Of a DNA stretch of 36,239 nucleotides, positions 8,013-17,995 are shown one piece after another; position 1 is the first letter of the stretch; every line of letters starts with the position of its first letter. Where the stretch lies: assembly GCA_902525995.1 (NCBI GenBank), contig CABZJG010000001.1, forward strand, positions 1-36,239, read 5' to 3'. Under the pieces are notes generated by a model. It did no database searches. It had not been told where the DNA came from and saw nothing but the letters and a program-made list of their open reading frames with translations. The translations under genes and the position numbers were made by a program. The DNA is from Paracoccaceae bacterium (GTDB lineage: Bacteria; Pseudomonadota; Alphaproteobacteria; Rhodobacterales; Rhodobacteraceae).

Positions 8013-9353
8013 ATGGCTGCCGCCAAATCACCCAAGGGCTTAAAGATGGAAATCGGCTTGATGCTGGTATCCGATGCCCAACATTACGAACGAAATGCAC
8101 GGACACATCCGCAAAGTCAGGTCGATGAGATCAAGGCGTCAATCCGGGCATTTGGATACACCTATCCAATGCTTGTGGACGTAGATGACGGCAGTGTCAT
8201 CGCTGCCGGTCACGGTCGCCATATCGCAGTCGAGCAAATGTATGACGCCGGAGAAACGATCAGGCTGCCAGACGGTCGCGCAATCCCCGAAGGTTACATT
8301 CCGTTTATCGACTGCTCAGGTTGGACCGAGGCGCAGCGCCGCTCCTACACGTTGGCCGACAACAAAATCGCTGAGAACTCAGGATGGGACGATGCCCTGC
8401 TCAAGATTGAGATCGGGGAACTGCTTGAGATGGCTGACGACGAGGCCCCAGTTCTGGGCTTCACGGAAAAAGAATTAAGAGAGTTTGGTCGCGCTGCTGG
8501 CAGCGACGAGAGTGCCGAGGACATAATACCAGACGTTCCAGATAAACCCGTATCGCGAAAGGGCGACATCTGGATTCTTGGGGATCATCGCATTCTTTGT
8601 GGTGACAGCACTCAGCCTGAGGATGTTGAGATACTTCTCGATGGAGCAAAGCCGCATCTTATGGTTACAGACCCACCCTATGGCGTGAATTATACACCTG
8701 CGTGGCGTAATGAGGCCATGCCTGCGAAGAATGATCCGGCGCGTTGGAAGAACGGTGCCGGTAGGGCTACCGGCACCGTCCTCAATGACGCGATTGCTGA
8801 TTGGCGTGAGGCTTGGGCTCTGTTTCCCGGCGAGGTTGCCTATGTTTGGCATGCTGGAAACAAGGCAGGGATTGTGGCCGAAAGCCTTGAAGCATGTGGC
8901 TTCGACATTCGAGCGCAGATCATCTGGGCTAAATCTCAGTTTGTGATTGGTCGCGGGCATTACCACCCGCACCACGAGCCTTGTTGGTATGCAGTCAAGG
9001 GTAAAGGCCATTGGCAAGGCAGTCGAAAAGAAAGCACGCTCTGGCAGATTGACCACCGGAAATCCGAAACGGGTCACGGCACTCAAAAACCTGTTGAGTG
9101 TATGCGGCGCCCAATTGCGAACAATTCCGCAGAGGGTGATTTGGTTTATGAACCGTTCTCAAGATCAGGGACCACAATTATTGCCGGTGAGATTGAGGCC
9201 CGTCGGGTTTACGCAATCGAACTACATGCACCTTACGTCGATGTGGCAGTGAAACGCTGGCAAGAGTTCAGCGAGGGCGAAGCGATCCTTTGTGGGGATG
9301 GTCGGACTTTCGCGGAAATTTCTGCGGAAAGGTTAGCAGATGGCGTCGAGTAA
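8013..9353 (+). CDS. ParB-like N-terminal domain plus N6/N4 DNA methyltransferase; SAM-binding motif altered
   Basis: RNARTH...IAAGHGR...LADNK (ParB-like); DPPY catalytic motif; HGTQKP; motif I reads EPFSRSGTT instead of xPFxGSGTT. Confidence 0.9.
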   Translation: MAAAKSPKGLKMEIGLMLVSDAQHYERNARTHPQSQVDEIKASIRAFGYTYPMLVDVDDGSVIAAGHGRHIAVEQMYDAGETIRLPDGRAIPEGYIPFIDCSGWTEAQRRSYTLADNKIAENSGWDDALLKIEIGELLEMADDEAPVLGFTEKELREFGRAAGSDESAEDIIPDVPDKPVSRKGDIWILGDHRILCGDSTQPEDVEILLDGAKPHLMVTDPPYGVNYTPAWRNEAMPAKNDPARWKNGAGRATGTVLNDAIADWREAWALFPGEVAYVWHAGNKAGIVAESLEACGFDIRAQIIWAKSQFVIGRGHYHPHHEPCWYAVKGKGHWQGSRKESTLWQIDHRKSETGHGTQKPVECMRRPIANNSAEGDLVYEPFSRSGTTIIAGEIEARRVYAIELHAPYVDVAVKRWQEFSEGEAILCGDGRTFAEISAERLADGVE

Positions 9354-9828
9354 GAAACCAGACGCCGCCGGGATCATATCGACCGGGCAGGCTGCCAAGC
9401 TGCTTATGGTCAGTGAGGCGTGGATCGGGAAACTCCACAAAATGGAATACGTCCCCAAAGCGGGGCGAGGCCGATGGAACCTCGTCTCGGTGGTTCAGGG
9501 CTATATCCGATTCCTCAAGGACGAGGACCGCCGGAGCAGCAAAAGCGCCTCGGCCTCTCGAATGACGGACGTAAAGATCGCTCGTCTTGAAATGGACATG
9601 GCGAAAGAGCGTCACGAACTGGTTCCGATGGACGACGCACGGCTCGTCTTGGATACGGCGGCCAGCCTCATGCAATCGAGCCTTATGGCGGTTCCCGCCA
9701 AGTTTACACGAGATATTGCCGAGAGACGGCGCCTAGAGGCGCTGATCGCGGAGGCGATGAGCTCTGTGGCTGATGGGATCGAGAAAAAGGCAAACGCATT
9801 GGCGAGCGGCGGGGACGTTTTGGAATAA
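9340..9828 (+). CDS. Terminase small subunit (Nu1-like)
   Basis: N-terminal wHTH (ISTGQAAKLLMVSEAWI...GRWNLVSVVQGYIRFL) followed by coiled coil; directly upstream of terL. Confidence 0.8.
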   Translation: MASSKKPDAAGIISTGQAAKLLMVSEAWIGKLHKMEYVPKAGRGRWNLVSVVQGYIRFLKDEDRRSSKSASASRMTDVKIARLEMDMAKERHELVPMDDARLVLDTAASLMQSSLMAVPAKFTRDIAERRRLEALIAEAMSSVADGIEKKANALASGGDVLE

Positions 9829-9941
9829 CAGATCGGCCGGGATTGGCAGCATCCCCAAGCCGAAGAGGGTGACGCGCGAGCGAGCAGAACCCCCCAAGGT
9901 GGCGAGTGCGTCACCCTCACAGGCTTTCACGGGGAGCGGTT

Positions 9942-11996
9942 ATGGCTGTCGACGAATATGATATGCGCGAGGCGCTCTTGCGCCGGTTCGCGGATATGGT
10001 CCGGGTGCCGGATCGCCAGAGCCCGGATCAATGGGCGGCCGAGAATCGGGTTTACGGACCTGAGACCGGCGTTCCGGGCCCGCGCGATCCGCACCTGTCG
10101 CCATCTCTTGTCCCCCTCGGCCGTGCGGTCGCTTCGGGGCTTTACACGCGGGCCGTGGCGGCCACGGCCGCGCAGATGGGGAAAACGGATAACATCCTCG
10201 ACGTTATCGGGCAACGCCTCGATCAACGGCCGACGCCGATCCTTTATGTCGGTCCGAGCCGGGACTTTAACACGGATCAGTTCGAGCCTCGGATTAAACA
10301 GCTTGTCGACGAGAGCGAGGGCCTAAAGGACAAGATCATTCGCGGGCGTCGAGAGAAAAAAACGCTCAAAATCATCGCGGGCGTAACGCTACGCCTCGCC
10401 TCGGCGGGGTCGTCAACGGCGCTGAAATCAAACCCAGCGGGGCTTGGTCTGGTGGACGAGTATGACGAAATGACCGCGAACATTAAGGGACAAGGCGATC
10501 CTCTCGGATTGGTCGAGGCCCGTGGTGAGACCTACGCGGATTTCGTGACGCTTATCACCAGCACGCCGAGTAAGGGGATCATCGAAACGGAGGTCTGCGA
10601 GGTCAACGGCCTAGAGTTCTTTGCGGTCGGAGACCCCAAGGAAATCGAGAGCCCGATCTGGCGCGTCTTTCAGGAGGGAACCCGTCACCATTGGGCGACC
10701 CATTGCCCGCATTGCGATGCGCCTTTTATCGCGATGAAAAAGCATTTGCAGTGGCCGAGCGGGTCGTCGCACGCGCAGGCGGCGCGAGAGGCTTACCTCG
10801 TGTGCCCGACGAGCGGGTGCATCATCGAGGACGACCGGGACAAGGTTTCGCACTACCTCGAATCCACCCCGGGCAAAATGAACACCGGCGGATTTATGAT
10901 CGCGCCCGGGCAGACGATTGAGGACGCAAAGGCGGGGATCAACCCGCCGGACAACAGCACTTATTCCCAGTGGTCGAGCGGCCTCTGGTCCCCGTTTGTG
11001 TCTTGGGGGATGCGGGCCGAACGGCTTGTAAAAGCCGAGATGTCGGGCGAGGAAGATAAGCTGCAAACCGCGACAAACGCGAATTTCGGAGAGGTCTACT
11101 CCCCGGGTTTGAGCGGCGACCTGCCAGACTGGAAAGCCCTTTTAGAGCATCGAACAAAGTTCGAGCCCGGGGTGATCCACAAGGGAATGTTGCGGATCGT
11201 TATGGGCGTCGACGTGCAAAAGCGCGGCCTATATTTCACGATCCGGGGCTACGGGGCTCGCGGCACGTCTTGGCTGATCCGAAACGGATACATCATCGGC
11301 CTTACGGCCGAGAACGATGTCTGGGAGCAGCTTGCAAACATTATGCTTTCGCCAATCCACGGCGTGCATATCGAAAAGGTGTTTATCGACGCCGGTTATC
11401 GCCCGGACAAGGCGGAGGCTGGCAGCGTTCACCGGGTCTACGATTTCTGCCGCCAGTATTCGTTTCTCGCGTCTCCCTGCAAAGGGCGGAGCGGAACGGG
11501 GGCTCGGCCCTACTCGATCTCTAAGATCGAGGTGAAGCCGGACGGATCACGGCGGCCGTTTTCGGTCAATCTGGTTATGCTCGACACCGACTTTTTCAAG
11601 TCGTTGGTGCAGACCCGCATCAAGACACCCCTCGGGGCGGCCGGTGCGTTCTATCTGCATAGCGAGGCCGACGAGGACTATGCTCGTCAGGTTCTCTCTG
11701 AGGTTCGGATTGTCCACCCGGGCAAGCCAAAGCCCGAGTGGAAGCAGGTCAGGCGAGACAACCACTATTTCGACTGCGAGGCGCTTTGCGCCGCTGCGGG
11801 TTACACCCTGAACGTCCAAATGATCCCGGAGGGGATCGAGAGGGAGTGGGGCGACGACGATGGGGAACTTCCTGACGCTGGCGAGCCAAAGGTTGATACG
11901 CCGGAAACCGACGATGAGCCCGAACACGATCCTGATCCGCAGGAGGACGTAAAGGACATCCTTAGAAAGAGATTCGGCCGATTGGGCCGACGCTAG
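9942..11996 (+). CDS. Terminase large subunit, lambda gpA family
   Basis: Walker A AQMGKT, Walker B LVDEYD, STP motif, CPHC zinc knuckle, GVDVQ nuclease motif, DNHYFDC; ATG 9942 behind ggggag. Confidence 0.95.
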   Translation: MAVDEYDMREALLRRFADMVRVPDRQSPDQWAAENRVYGPETGVPGPRDPHLSPSLVPLGRAVASGLYTRAVAATAAQMGKTDNILDVIGQRLDQRPTPILYVGPSRDFNTDQFEPRIKQLVDESEGLKDKIIRGRREKKTLKIIAGVTLRLASAGSSTALKSNPAGLGLVDEYDEMTANIKGQGDPLGLVEARGETYADFVTLITSTPSKGIIETEVCEVNGLEFFAVGDPKEIESPIWRVFQEGTRHHWATHCPHCDAPFIAMKKHLQWPSGSSHAQAAREAYLVCPTSGCIIEDDRDKVSHYLESTPGKMNTGGFMIAPGQTIEDAKAGINPPDNSTYSQWSSGLWSPFVSWGMRAERLVKAEMSGEEDKLQTATNANFGEVYSPGLSGDLPDWKALLEHRTKFEPGVIHKGMLRIVMGVDVQKRGLYFTIRGYGARGTSWLIRNGYIIGLTAENDVWEQLANIMLSPIHGVHIEKVFIDAGYRPDKAEAGSVHRVYDFCRQYSFLASPCKGRSGTGARPYSISKIEVKPDGSRRPFSVNLVMLDTDFFKSLVQTRIKTPLGAAGAFYLHSEADEDYARQVLSEVRIVHPGKPKPEWKQVRRDNHYFDCEALCAAAGYTLNVQMIPEGIEREWGDDDGELPDAGEPKVDTPETDDEPEHDPDPQEDVKDILRKRFGRLGRR

Positions 11997-12005
11997 AGGT
12001 GACAA

Positions 12006-13622
12006 ATGGGCCAACCTACCTTGGTAAAAGCAGATGGGTATAGCCCGTTAATCGCTCCGACAAAAAAAGGCTCTGGCATTGTTCCAGTGCCAAGTGCAGA
12101 GTTCATGCGCGGCGGAAACGGGGTGGGTGCGCAATGGCGGCCTGCCCTCCGATCTATCGAGGATGATGTCGACGCTGCATGGGAACCGGCTGTAGCCCGG
12201 GCGACCGATCTTATTCAGAACTCCGGTTGGATCAGCGGGATGTTTGACCAAGCGGTCGCGAACACCGTTGGCTCCGGCCTGCGACTCCGCTGCTCGCCCG
12301 AGAATGACCTTTTCGGGCAAGACGAAACGGCTGCCCAAGAGTGGCGGAATAATGTAGAGCGTCGGTGGGGCCTCTGGTCCGAAACGGCGGTCGAATGCGA
12401 CATTGAGGGTCGCAGGACGATAGCCCAAATGCAGGAGGCGGCCTTTCGGTCGTGGCTGAATACGGGCGAAATCCTTGGCGAGATCGTGTTCCGCAAGCGG
12501 TTCGGCTCTCCCCGCGGAACAAAAGTTCGGCTATTGCCCGCAACGAAACTCTCGCTCGATAGCGACCTCATGAAACGGATCGTTTCAGGCGTTGTCATGG
12601 ACGCGGACGGGTTTCCGATTGGGTATATGGCCCGCCGCCGCAATCGCGCGATGGGCGAATACACAACACGGGTTCCCGCGCGTGATGCCTATGGTCGCCC
12701 GAAAGTAATCCACGTTTTCGTCGGGTTGCCTGGCCAGGTTCGAGGCATCACCCCTCTGGTTCCGGTGATGAAAGTTGCCAAACAGTTCGACCAACTCGCG
12801 GACAGCACGCTTTTGGGCGCGTTGATCCAGACCGTTTTCGCGGCGAACCTTCAATCCGAGGCTCCGACAGAGGAAGCGCTCGCGGGATTGTTGACGCCGC
12901 AAGAGCAACAGAAACTCATGGCGGCCGGGGTCTCCCCGTTTGAGGCATGGGCGGAAATGCAGGCGGGATGGGCCGACGCAAATGTGATCGACATCGGGAT
13001 CGGCGGGCGGATCGCTCAGACGTTCCCCGGGCAGAAATTGGAGTTCTTGTCGCCGGAAATGCCCGCGACATCCTACAAGGAATTTTCGATGCATCTGCTC
13101 CGCGAGATGGCGCGGTGCCTAGGACTGACCTACGAGAGCGCGACAGGCGATTACGAGGGGGCGACTTATTCGTCCGTTCGGATGGCGGTGAACGAGATTT
13201 TCCAAATCACGTTGGCCCGTCGAAAGTTCGTTCTCGCTCCGTTTTTGCAGCCGATCTACGAGGCTTGGCTTGAAGAGGAAGTGGCCTCCGGCCGCATCCC
13301 ATTCCCGGGCGGATATAACGCCTTTTTGGCCAACCGTGTGGCCGCGACCCGATCTCATTGGATCGGTGCGCCAAAGCCGGTGGCGGACGAACTGAAAGCC
13401 GCGAAAGCGCATCAGGTCTACCGCGAAATGGGAGTTATCACCGACGAGATGATCGCCAACGATCTCGGCGTCGACATCGAGGATGTCTATGCCCAGCAGT
13501 CCCGCGAACAGACGATGCGCCAAAGCTACCCCGGCAGCGGGGGGCGTGCCGTAAACGTCCAAATCCCCGACGCAATGATCGAGGCCGACGACAAAAAGAA
13601 GGAAGGCGGCGACGATGGCTGA
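12006..13622 (+). CDS. Portal protein, lambda family
   Basis: VGSGL, GQVRGITPL, GLTYESATGDY...YSSVR motifs; position after terL. Confidence 0.93.
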   Translation: MGQPTLVKADGYSPLIAPTKKGSGIVPVPSAEFMRGGNGVGAQWRPALRSIEDDVDAAWEPAVARATDLIQNSGWISGMFDQAVANTVGSGLRLRCSPENDLFGQDETAAQEWRNNVERRWGLWSETAVECDIEGRRTIAQMQEAAFRSWLNTGEILGEIVFRKRFGSPRGTKVRLLPATKLSLDSDLMKRIVSGVVMDADGFPIGYMARRRNRAMGEYTTRVPARDAYGRPKVIHVFVGLPGQVRGITPLVPVMKVAKQFDQLADSTLLGALIQTVFAANLQSEAPTEEALAGLLTPQEQQKLMAAGVSPFEAWAEMQAGWADANVIDIGIGGRIAQTFPGQKLEFLSPEMPATSYKEFSMHLLREMARCLGLTYESATGDYEGATYSSVRMAVNEIFQITLARRKFVLAPFLQPIYEAWLEEEVASGRIPFPGGYNAFLANRVAATRSHWIGAPKPVADELKAAKAHQVYREMGVITDEMIANDLGVDIEDVYAQQSREQTMRQSYPGSGGRAVNVQIPDAMIEADDKKKEGGDDG

Positions 13623-13881
13623 CGCAATCCCGTCCCTAAAGGACGATCCTTGCGGTCGCGCCGAAGCCCTCAAGGCCAAGCGCGATGCGATCATCACCGG
13701 GGACGGCCTCTCCGAGTATGACGCAGAACACGGAAACGGGGTTCGGCGGCGGGTGCGATACAGCGCCGCCGACCTCAAACGGCTCGATGATGAAATCCGA
13801 ACGGCCGACAGGGCTTGCGCCTTGAAAGACGGAAAGCGACACGCGCGACACGCGGTTATGCCCAGAGGCGGAGGCTGGTAA
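13615..13881 (+). CDS. Head-tail joining protein, gpW-like
   Basis: 88 aa; helix-hairpin-helix with RVRYSAADLKRLDDEI. Confidence 0.65.
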   Translation: MADAIPSLKDDPCGRAEALKAKRDAIITGDGLSEYDAEHGNGVRRRVRYSAADLKRLDDEIRTADRACALKDGKRHARHAVMPRGGGW

Positions 13882-15231
13882 ATGAGTAAGCAAAACATTC
13901 TGCCAATGGTGGCGGATCGCTTCCTGAACACTCCGCTCCTGATCGACCCGGCAAAAGCCTCGGTGATCTACGGCGTATTGCAAGGGCGAGTTGTCCCGGA
14001 ACTGAACATCGACCTTAGCGAAATCGACCCGGAGGCTGCGGCTGAACAGCCGATCCCGGAGGCCACACGGTTCGCGGGATCGCGTCGTCGCGCTCAAGGC
14101 GGCTATTCTATGGCCCGCCGGGTAAATGGGGTCGCCCTGATCGACATCGAGGGTTCTCTGGTCAATCGGGGTGCTTGGATCGGGACAGATTCCGGTCTGG
14201 TTTCCTATGAGGGGATCGGGGCTCAGATCGACGCGGCCGTTGCGGACGACGAGGTTCATTCAATCCTCTTAGACATCGACAGCCCCGGCGGCGAGGCCAC
14301 GGGGATGTTCGCAGTGGCGCAAAAGGTCCGGCAGGCCGCGACCCAGAAACGGGTGGTCGCGGTCGTCAACGATGTGGCGGCCTCGGCCGCTTACGGCATC
14401 GCGTCGGGGGCGCATGAGATCGTGATCTCTCCGACCTCGTTTACCGGGTCAATCGGCGTCGTGATGGTTCACATGGACCACTCCGGCGAACTCAAGAAAA
14501 AAGGTGTCAAGCCGACGATCTTGCAGAAGGGCGCGAACAAAACGCACGGTCATCCGTTCGGGCCTCTCTCCGGGGACGCGATGTCGTCCCTGAACGAAAT
14601 GATGACCATCCTCTACGACCAGTTTCTCGAAACTGTCGAAGCGGGGCGTGGCAGCCGATTGGACGCCGCCGCAGCCCGTGCAACCGAAGCCGGAATTTTC
14701 GTTGGTCAGAAGGCTATCGATGCCGGGGTCGCGGACCAGATCGGCACGTTCGACGAGGTTCTGGCCGAACTTCAAACCAATGCCCATTCGGGCGACAAAA
14801 CGGAGAAAGTCACAATGGCTGACAAAACACCCGGCCCGGATGCTAAGGGCGACAAAACCTACACTCAGGCCGAACTTGACGCGGCCGTGACGACCGCTCG
14901 CGCCGAGGGCGCATCTGCGGCGGCCACCCGGATCAGCGCGATCCTTTCGAGCCCAGAGGCCGAAGGTCGCTCGGCAACGGCTCTTGAGATGGCGCTGAAC
15001 CAAGATATGGCGTCGATGTCTGCCGAGTCCGTCGCGAAGGTTCTGGGCACTACCCCACTTTCCGACAAGGTTGCTCCTGAGGCTGGAACGCAGGTTCCGA
15101 CGCCGGGGCAACGCGCCGAAGGCGACGACACCGAAATGGGTGCCGACGATCCGACGCCGCCCGCCAGTGCAGCCGCTGCCAACCACGGTTGGGGCGACAT
15201 CACGGGCGAATACAACAAGTCGCTTTCCTAA
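13882..15231 (+). CDS. Capsid maturation protease, S49 family (lambda gpC-like), with C-terminal scaffold region
   Basis: LDIDSPGG, AASAAYGIAS and GSIGV motifs; low-complexity Ala-rich C-terminus. Confidence 0.93.
   Translation: MSKQNILPMVADRFLNTPLLIDPAKASVIYGVLQGRVVPELNIDLSEIDPEAAAEQPIPEATRFAGSRRRAQGGYSMARRVNGVALIDIEGSLVNRGAWIGTDSGLVSYEGIGAQIDAAVADDEVHSILLDIDSPGGEATGMFAVAQKVRQAATQKRVVAVVNDVAASAAYGIASGAHEIVISPTSFTGSIGVVMVHMDHSGELKKKGVKPTILQKGANKTHGHPFGPLSGDAMSSLNEMMTILYDQFLETVEAGRGSRLDAAAARATEAGIFVGQKAIDAGVADQIGTFDEVLAELQTNAHSGDKTEKVTMADKTPGPDAKGDKTYTQAELDAAVTTARAEGASAAATRISAILSSPEAEGRSATALEMALNQDMASMSAESVAKVLGTTPLSDKVAPEAGTQVPTPGQRAEGDDTEMGADDPTPPASAAAANHGWGDITGEYNKSLS
14815..15231 (+). CDS. 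Probable nested in-frame scaffolding protein (Nu3-like)
   Basis: Internal in-frame ATG at 14815 preceded by cggagaaag, just after the protease domain ends. Confidence 0.5.
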   Translation: MADKTPGPDAKGDKTYTQAELDAAVTTARAEGASAAATRISAILSSPEAEGRSATALEMALNQDMASMSAESVAKVLGTTPLSDKVAPEAGTQVPTPGQRAEGDDTEMGADDPTPPASAAAANHGWGDITGEYNKSLS

Positions 15232-15282
15232 GCCCGGGAACAGCGCAAACCAACGTAAATCGGTTCCGAAGGAGAAACCCCG

Positions 15283-15666
15283 ATGACCACACTTACCGAA
15301 GGCCGCCACCCGGGCGAGGCAATCTTGTCCGAGGCCACAAAAAGCCGCTCGCGCGACAGCATCACGATCCCTGCGGGGACTGGCGTTGTTCCGGCGGGCA
15401 CCGTTCTGGGCGAAGTTACGGCCAACCCCGGCGAATTTGTTCCCTCTCCGCTTGCTGACACTGCTGGTGTCGAGGGTGCGGAAACCGCGAAGGCGATGAA
15501 CATTCACCAAGTCGATGCGACGGACGTGGCCGTAAAGGTCGCGGCGATCACGCGCGATGCGGAACTGAATGGCGCGTGTCTAGAGTTCGAGGATTCGGTG
15601 GAGACCAAAGCCCATAAGGCCGCCAAGGCTGACGAACTCGCGGCAGTGGGCATCATCGTCCGCTAA
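15283..15666 (+). CDS. Head decoration protein (gpD-like)
   Basis: SRDSITI..G...AGTVLG...GAETA...LAAVGIIVR; between protease and capsid genes. Confidence 0.88.
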   Translation: MTTLTEGRHPGEAILSEATKSRSRDSITIPAGTGVVPAGTVLGEVTANPGEFVPSPLADTAGVEGAETAKAMNIHQVDATDVAVKVAAITRDAELNGACLEFEDSVETKAHKAAKADELAAVGIIVR

Positions 15667-15733
15667 CCATCGTCTGGCTCCGCCGGATACAACGACAAGC
15701 CCGCCCCGCGCGGGGAATTTGGAGAAAGCACAG

Positions 15734-16750
15734 ATGCTGGACATCTTTAACAACAACGCCTTTGGCGTTACGTCTCTGACCGATGCGGTCAACGAGATGA
15801 AATATCAGCCGACCCGTATCAACGATATGGGTCTTTTCCGCGCCTCGCGGATCACCACGACCTCGATCTCGATTGAGCGTATCGGCAACACCCTGCAACT
15901 CGTGAAACCATCGCCGCGCGGCGGTCCGGGCGAGACCCGCGACAGACCCAAGCGCTCGATGAAATCGTTCAGTGTGCCGCACTTTCAGCGCGATTGGGCG
16001 GTCTACGCGGACGAGGTTCAAGGCGTGCGCGAGATGGGCAAGGAGAACGCGGTCCGCACCGTTCAGGGCGTTGTCGCGGATCGTATGGGCGAGCAGCTTG
16101 ACGACTTCGCGCTGACCGAAGAACACGCTCGTCTGGGCGCAGTTAAGGGTGTTATCACCTATGCGGATGGCGACACTTTGAACCTGTTCTCGGAATTTGG
16201 CGTAGCCCAACACGCGGAGATCAACTTCGACCTGGCTAACAAGAAAGATGGAGATCTGCGCAAAGCGTGCGTCGATGTTATCCGTCTTGAACGCAAGTAT
16301 CTCGGTGCAGTTGGTTTCCGTCACGTCCATGCGTTCTGCGGCGACGACTTTTTCGATGCCTTGCTGAAAAACCCCGAGGTCCGAGCGACCTACGAGGGAT
16401 GGTCAGAGGCAAAAATCCTGCGCGAAAGCTATGTCGGTGCCAATCGCGGCGAGAATCCGATCTTTGAATTTGGCGGGATCGTATTCGAGAACTACGGCGA
16501 GATCGACGACGAGGGCGTCGGTGTGAAAACGGCCAAGTGCCACCTGTTCCCGATGGGTGTCCCGAACTTGTTCCGCACCTACTACGCTCCGGCGGATTAC
16601 ATCGAGACCGTCAATACGCGCGGCAAGCGTCTGTATTCCAAGCAGATGCGGATGCGCAACGACAAGGGTGTCGATGGTGAGATGCAGTCGAACGCGCTGC
16701 AACTTTGCACGCGCCCGAAAACCCTACTGAAAGCAAAAATGGCCGCCTAA
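15734..16750 (+). CDS. Major capsid protein, lambda gpE family
   Basis: AFGVTSLTDAVN, TEEHARLGAVKG, YAPADYIETVNT, QSNALQLCTRP; ATG 15734 behind ggag. Confidence 0.93.
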   Translation: MLDIFNNNAFGVTSLTDAVNEMKYQPTRINDMGLFRASRITTTSISIERIGNTLQLVKPSPRGGPGETRDRPKRSMKSFSVPHFQRDWAVYADEVQGVREMGKENAVRTVQGVVADRMGEQLDDFALTEEHARLGAVKGVITYADGDTLNLFSEFGVAQHAEINFDLANKKDGDLRKACVDVIRLERKYLGAVGFRHVHAFCGDDFFDALLKNPEVRATYEGWSEAKILRESYVGANRGENPIFEFGGIVFENYGEIDDEGVGVKTAKCHLFPMGVPNLFRTYYAPADYIETVNTRGKRLYSKQMRMRNDKGVDGEMQSNALQLCTRPKTLLKAKMAA

Positions 16751-16784
16751 CGGCCATCCTCTTACGAGGGACAGGAGAACAGTC

Positions 16785-17198
16785 ATGGCTTCACCTTTTG
16801 ACGCTATCGACGCCGCCGGTCAGGCGGCTATCGCGCAACGGCTTGGTGAGGCCGTGGCCTTTATCGGAATGAAGGGCGGGGATTATTCCTCGGGCCCGGA
16901 CCCCGAGCGGCCGCAGCAAGAAGCGACCGCAATAACTGCGATCAGCCCAAGAATGGGCAAGGTTGCGGACGGTATTCAGGGGCGATCCTCGACCGGATCG
17001 TCTCGCACGCACAACCACAGCGAAATCCTTTTGACGGAGGCCGATTTTGCCGCTCTCGAATGGGAGCCCAAGCGCGACGATGTGGTGCTAATTGATCCGG
17101 GGACACAAAAAGAGCGTCCGTTCACGATCTCGGCCGTTCTGCCCGGGGAGTTCGGTGACGTTCAGATCATCCTATCCGAAGGGAAGGCGACCCCATGA
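16785..17198 (+). CDS. Putative head closure / head-tail adaptor
   Basis: 137-aa beta-rich ORF after the capsid gene; RBS aggag. Confidence 0.55.
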   Translation: MASPFDAIDAAGQAAIAQRLGEAVAFIGMKGGDYSSGPDPERPQQEATAITAISPRMGKVADGIQGRSSTGSSRTHNHSEILLTEADFAALEWEPKRDDVVLIDPGTQKERPFTISAVLPGEFGDVQIILSEGKATP

Positions 17199-17995
17199 GC
17201 AGCCTTGTAGGAATGGCACTGCGAATGACCGCGCGTCGTCTTTTGGACGAGACCACTTTTGCGGGCGGCCGGGTCCACGACAGCGCAATCGCGCCCATCG
17301 ACCATATGGTCGAGAAAGGGAACGACGAGCCATTTATCGTAATTTCTACGGAGGACGAGGAAGCGATCCAAATTCAAGGCCGAGACATCAATGGGGGCCA
17401 CCGCAAGATTGATCTCGTGATCGAGGTGGCTATCGCGCACGCAGTATCTGCGCCGGTTCCCGCCCCCGAAGGTGAGGAAGGGGAGCCACCGGCCCCCGAA
17501 GTCGAGATCGTTATTCCGGCAACGGACGCGGGGATGGAGTTGTCTCTCTCCCTGATCGGCCGCCAGATCATGCGGGCATTGTTCGAGCAAAAAGACAGCC
17601 CTTGGGCGGTTCTGTTCAAGCGGTTCTGCATCAACGTCGAAAAGGTCAGCAACCGGCGCGGCGTCGGCAACAAAGTCGGTGCCCGCTTTGCGGCTCGTCA
17701 AATCATCATCTCGATTGAGTGCCTGCAAGAGCCTTTCTTTGGACACGAGCCCGAGGCGGGTGAGCCTTGGGGGGACTTCCTCGCGCAGATGCTCGACGAC
17801 CCGGAACTCGCGGAGATCGAGCCGCTTGTCAGGGCCACGATCACCGGCAAGCCAGAGATTGAGGCATGGGATCGCGGCCGCTCCGACCAGGGGCTGACCA
17901 AAGAGGCCGCCGAGAACATTGGTATCAGGATGGCGGGCGACTTGGACGAAGGCCCTCCGCTCTTGCAAGACGGGACGCTGGATGATGTCGAATGA
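17195..17995 (+). CDS. Phage structural protein, possibly tail terminator
   Basis: TFAGGRVHDSAI..PFIVISTE pattern; ATGA overlap with upstream gene; precedes the baseplate genes. Confidence 0.55.
   Translation: MSSLVGMALRMTARRLLDETTFAGGRVHDSAIAPIDHMVEKGNDEPFIVISTEDEEAIQIQGRDINGGHRKIDLVIEVAIAHAVSAPVPAPEGEEGEPPAPEVEIVIPATDAGMELSLSLIGRQIMRALFEQKDSPWAVLFKRFCINVEKVSNRRGVGNKVGARFAARQIIISIECLQEPFFGHEPEAGEPWGDFLAQMLDDPELAEIEPLVRATITGKPEIEAWDRGRSDQGLTKEAAENIGIRMAGDLDEGPPLLQDGTLDDVE

Noticed and set aside
5486-9353. Restriction-modification pair formed by the nuclease and the methyltransferase
   Set aside because: The methyltransferase is the ParB-fused type typical of phage packaging regions, lies in a different module and has an altered motif I
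13119-15510. Long antisense ORFs (270, 207 and 353 aa) and similar ones across the prophage
   Set aside because: Shadow frames of GC-rich phage genes with no recognisable motifs
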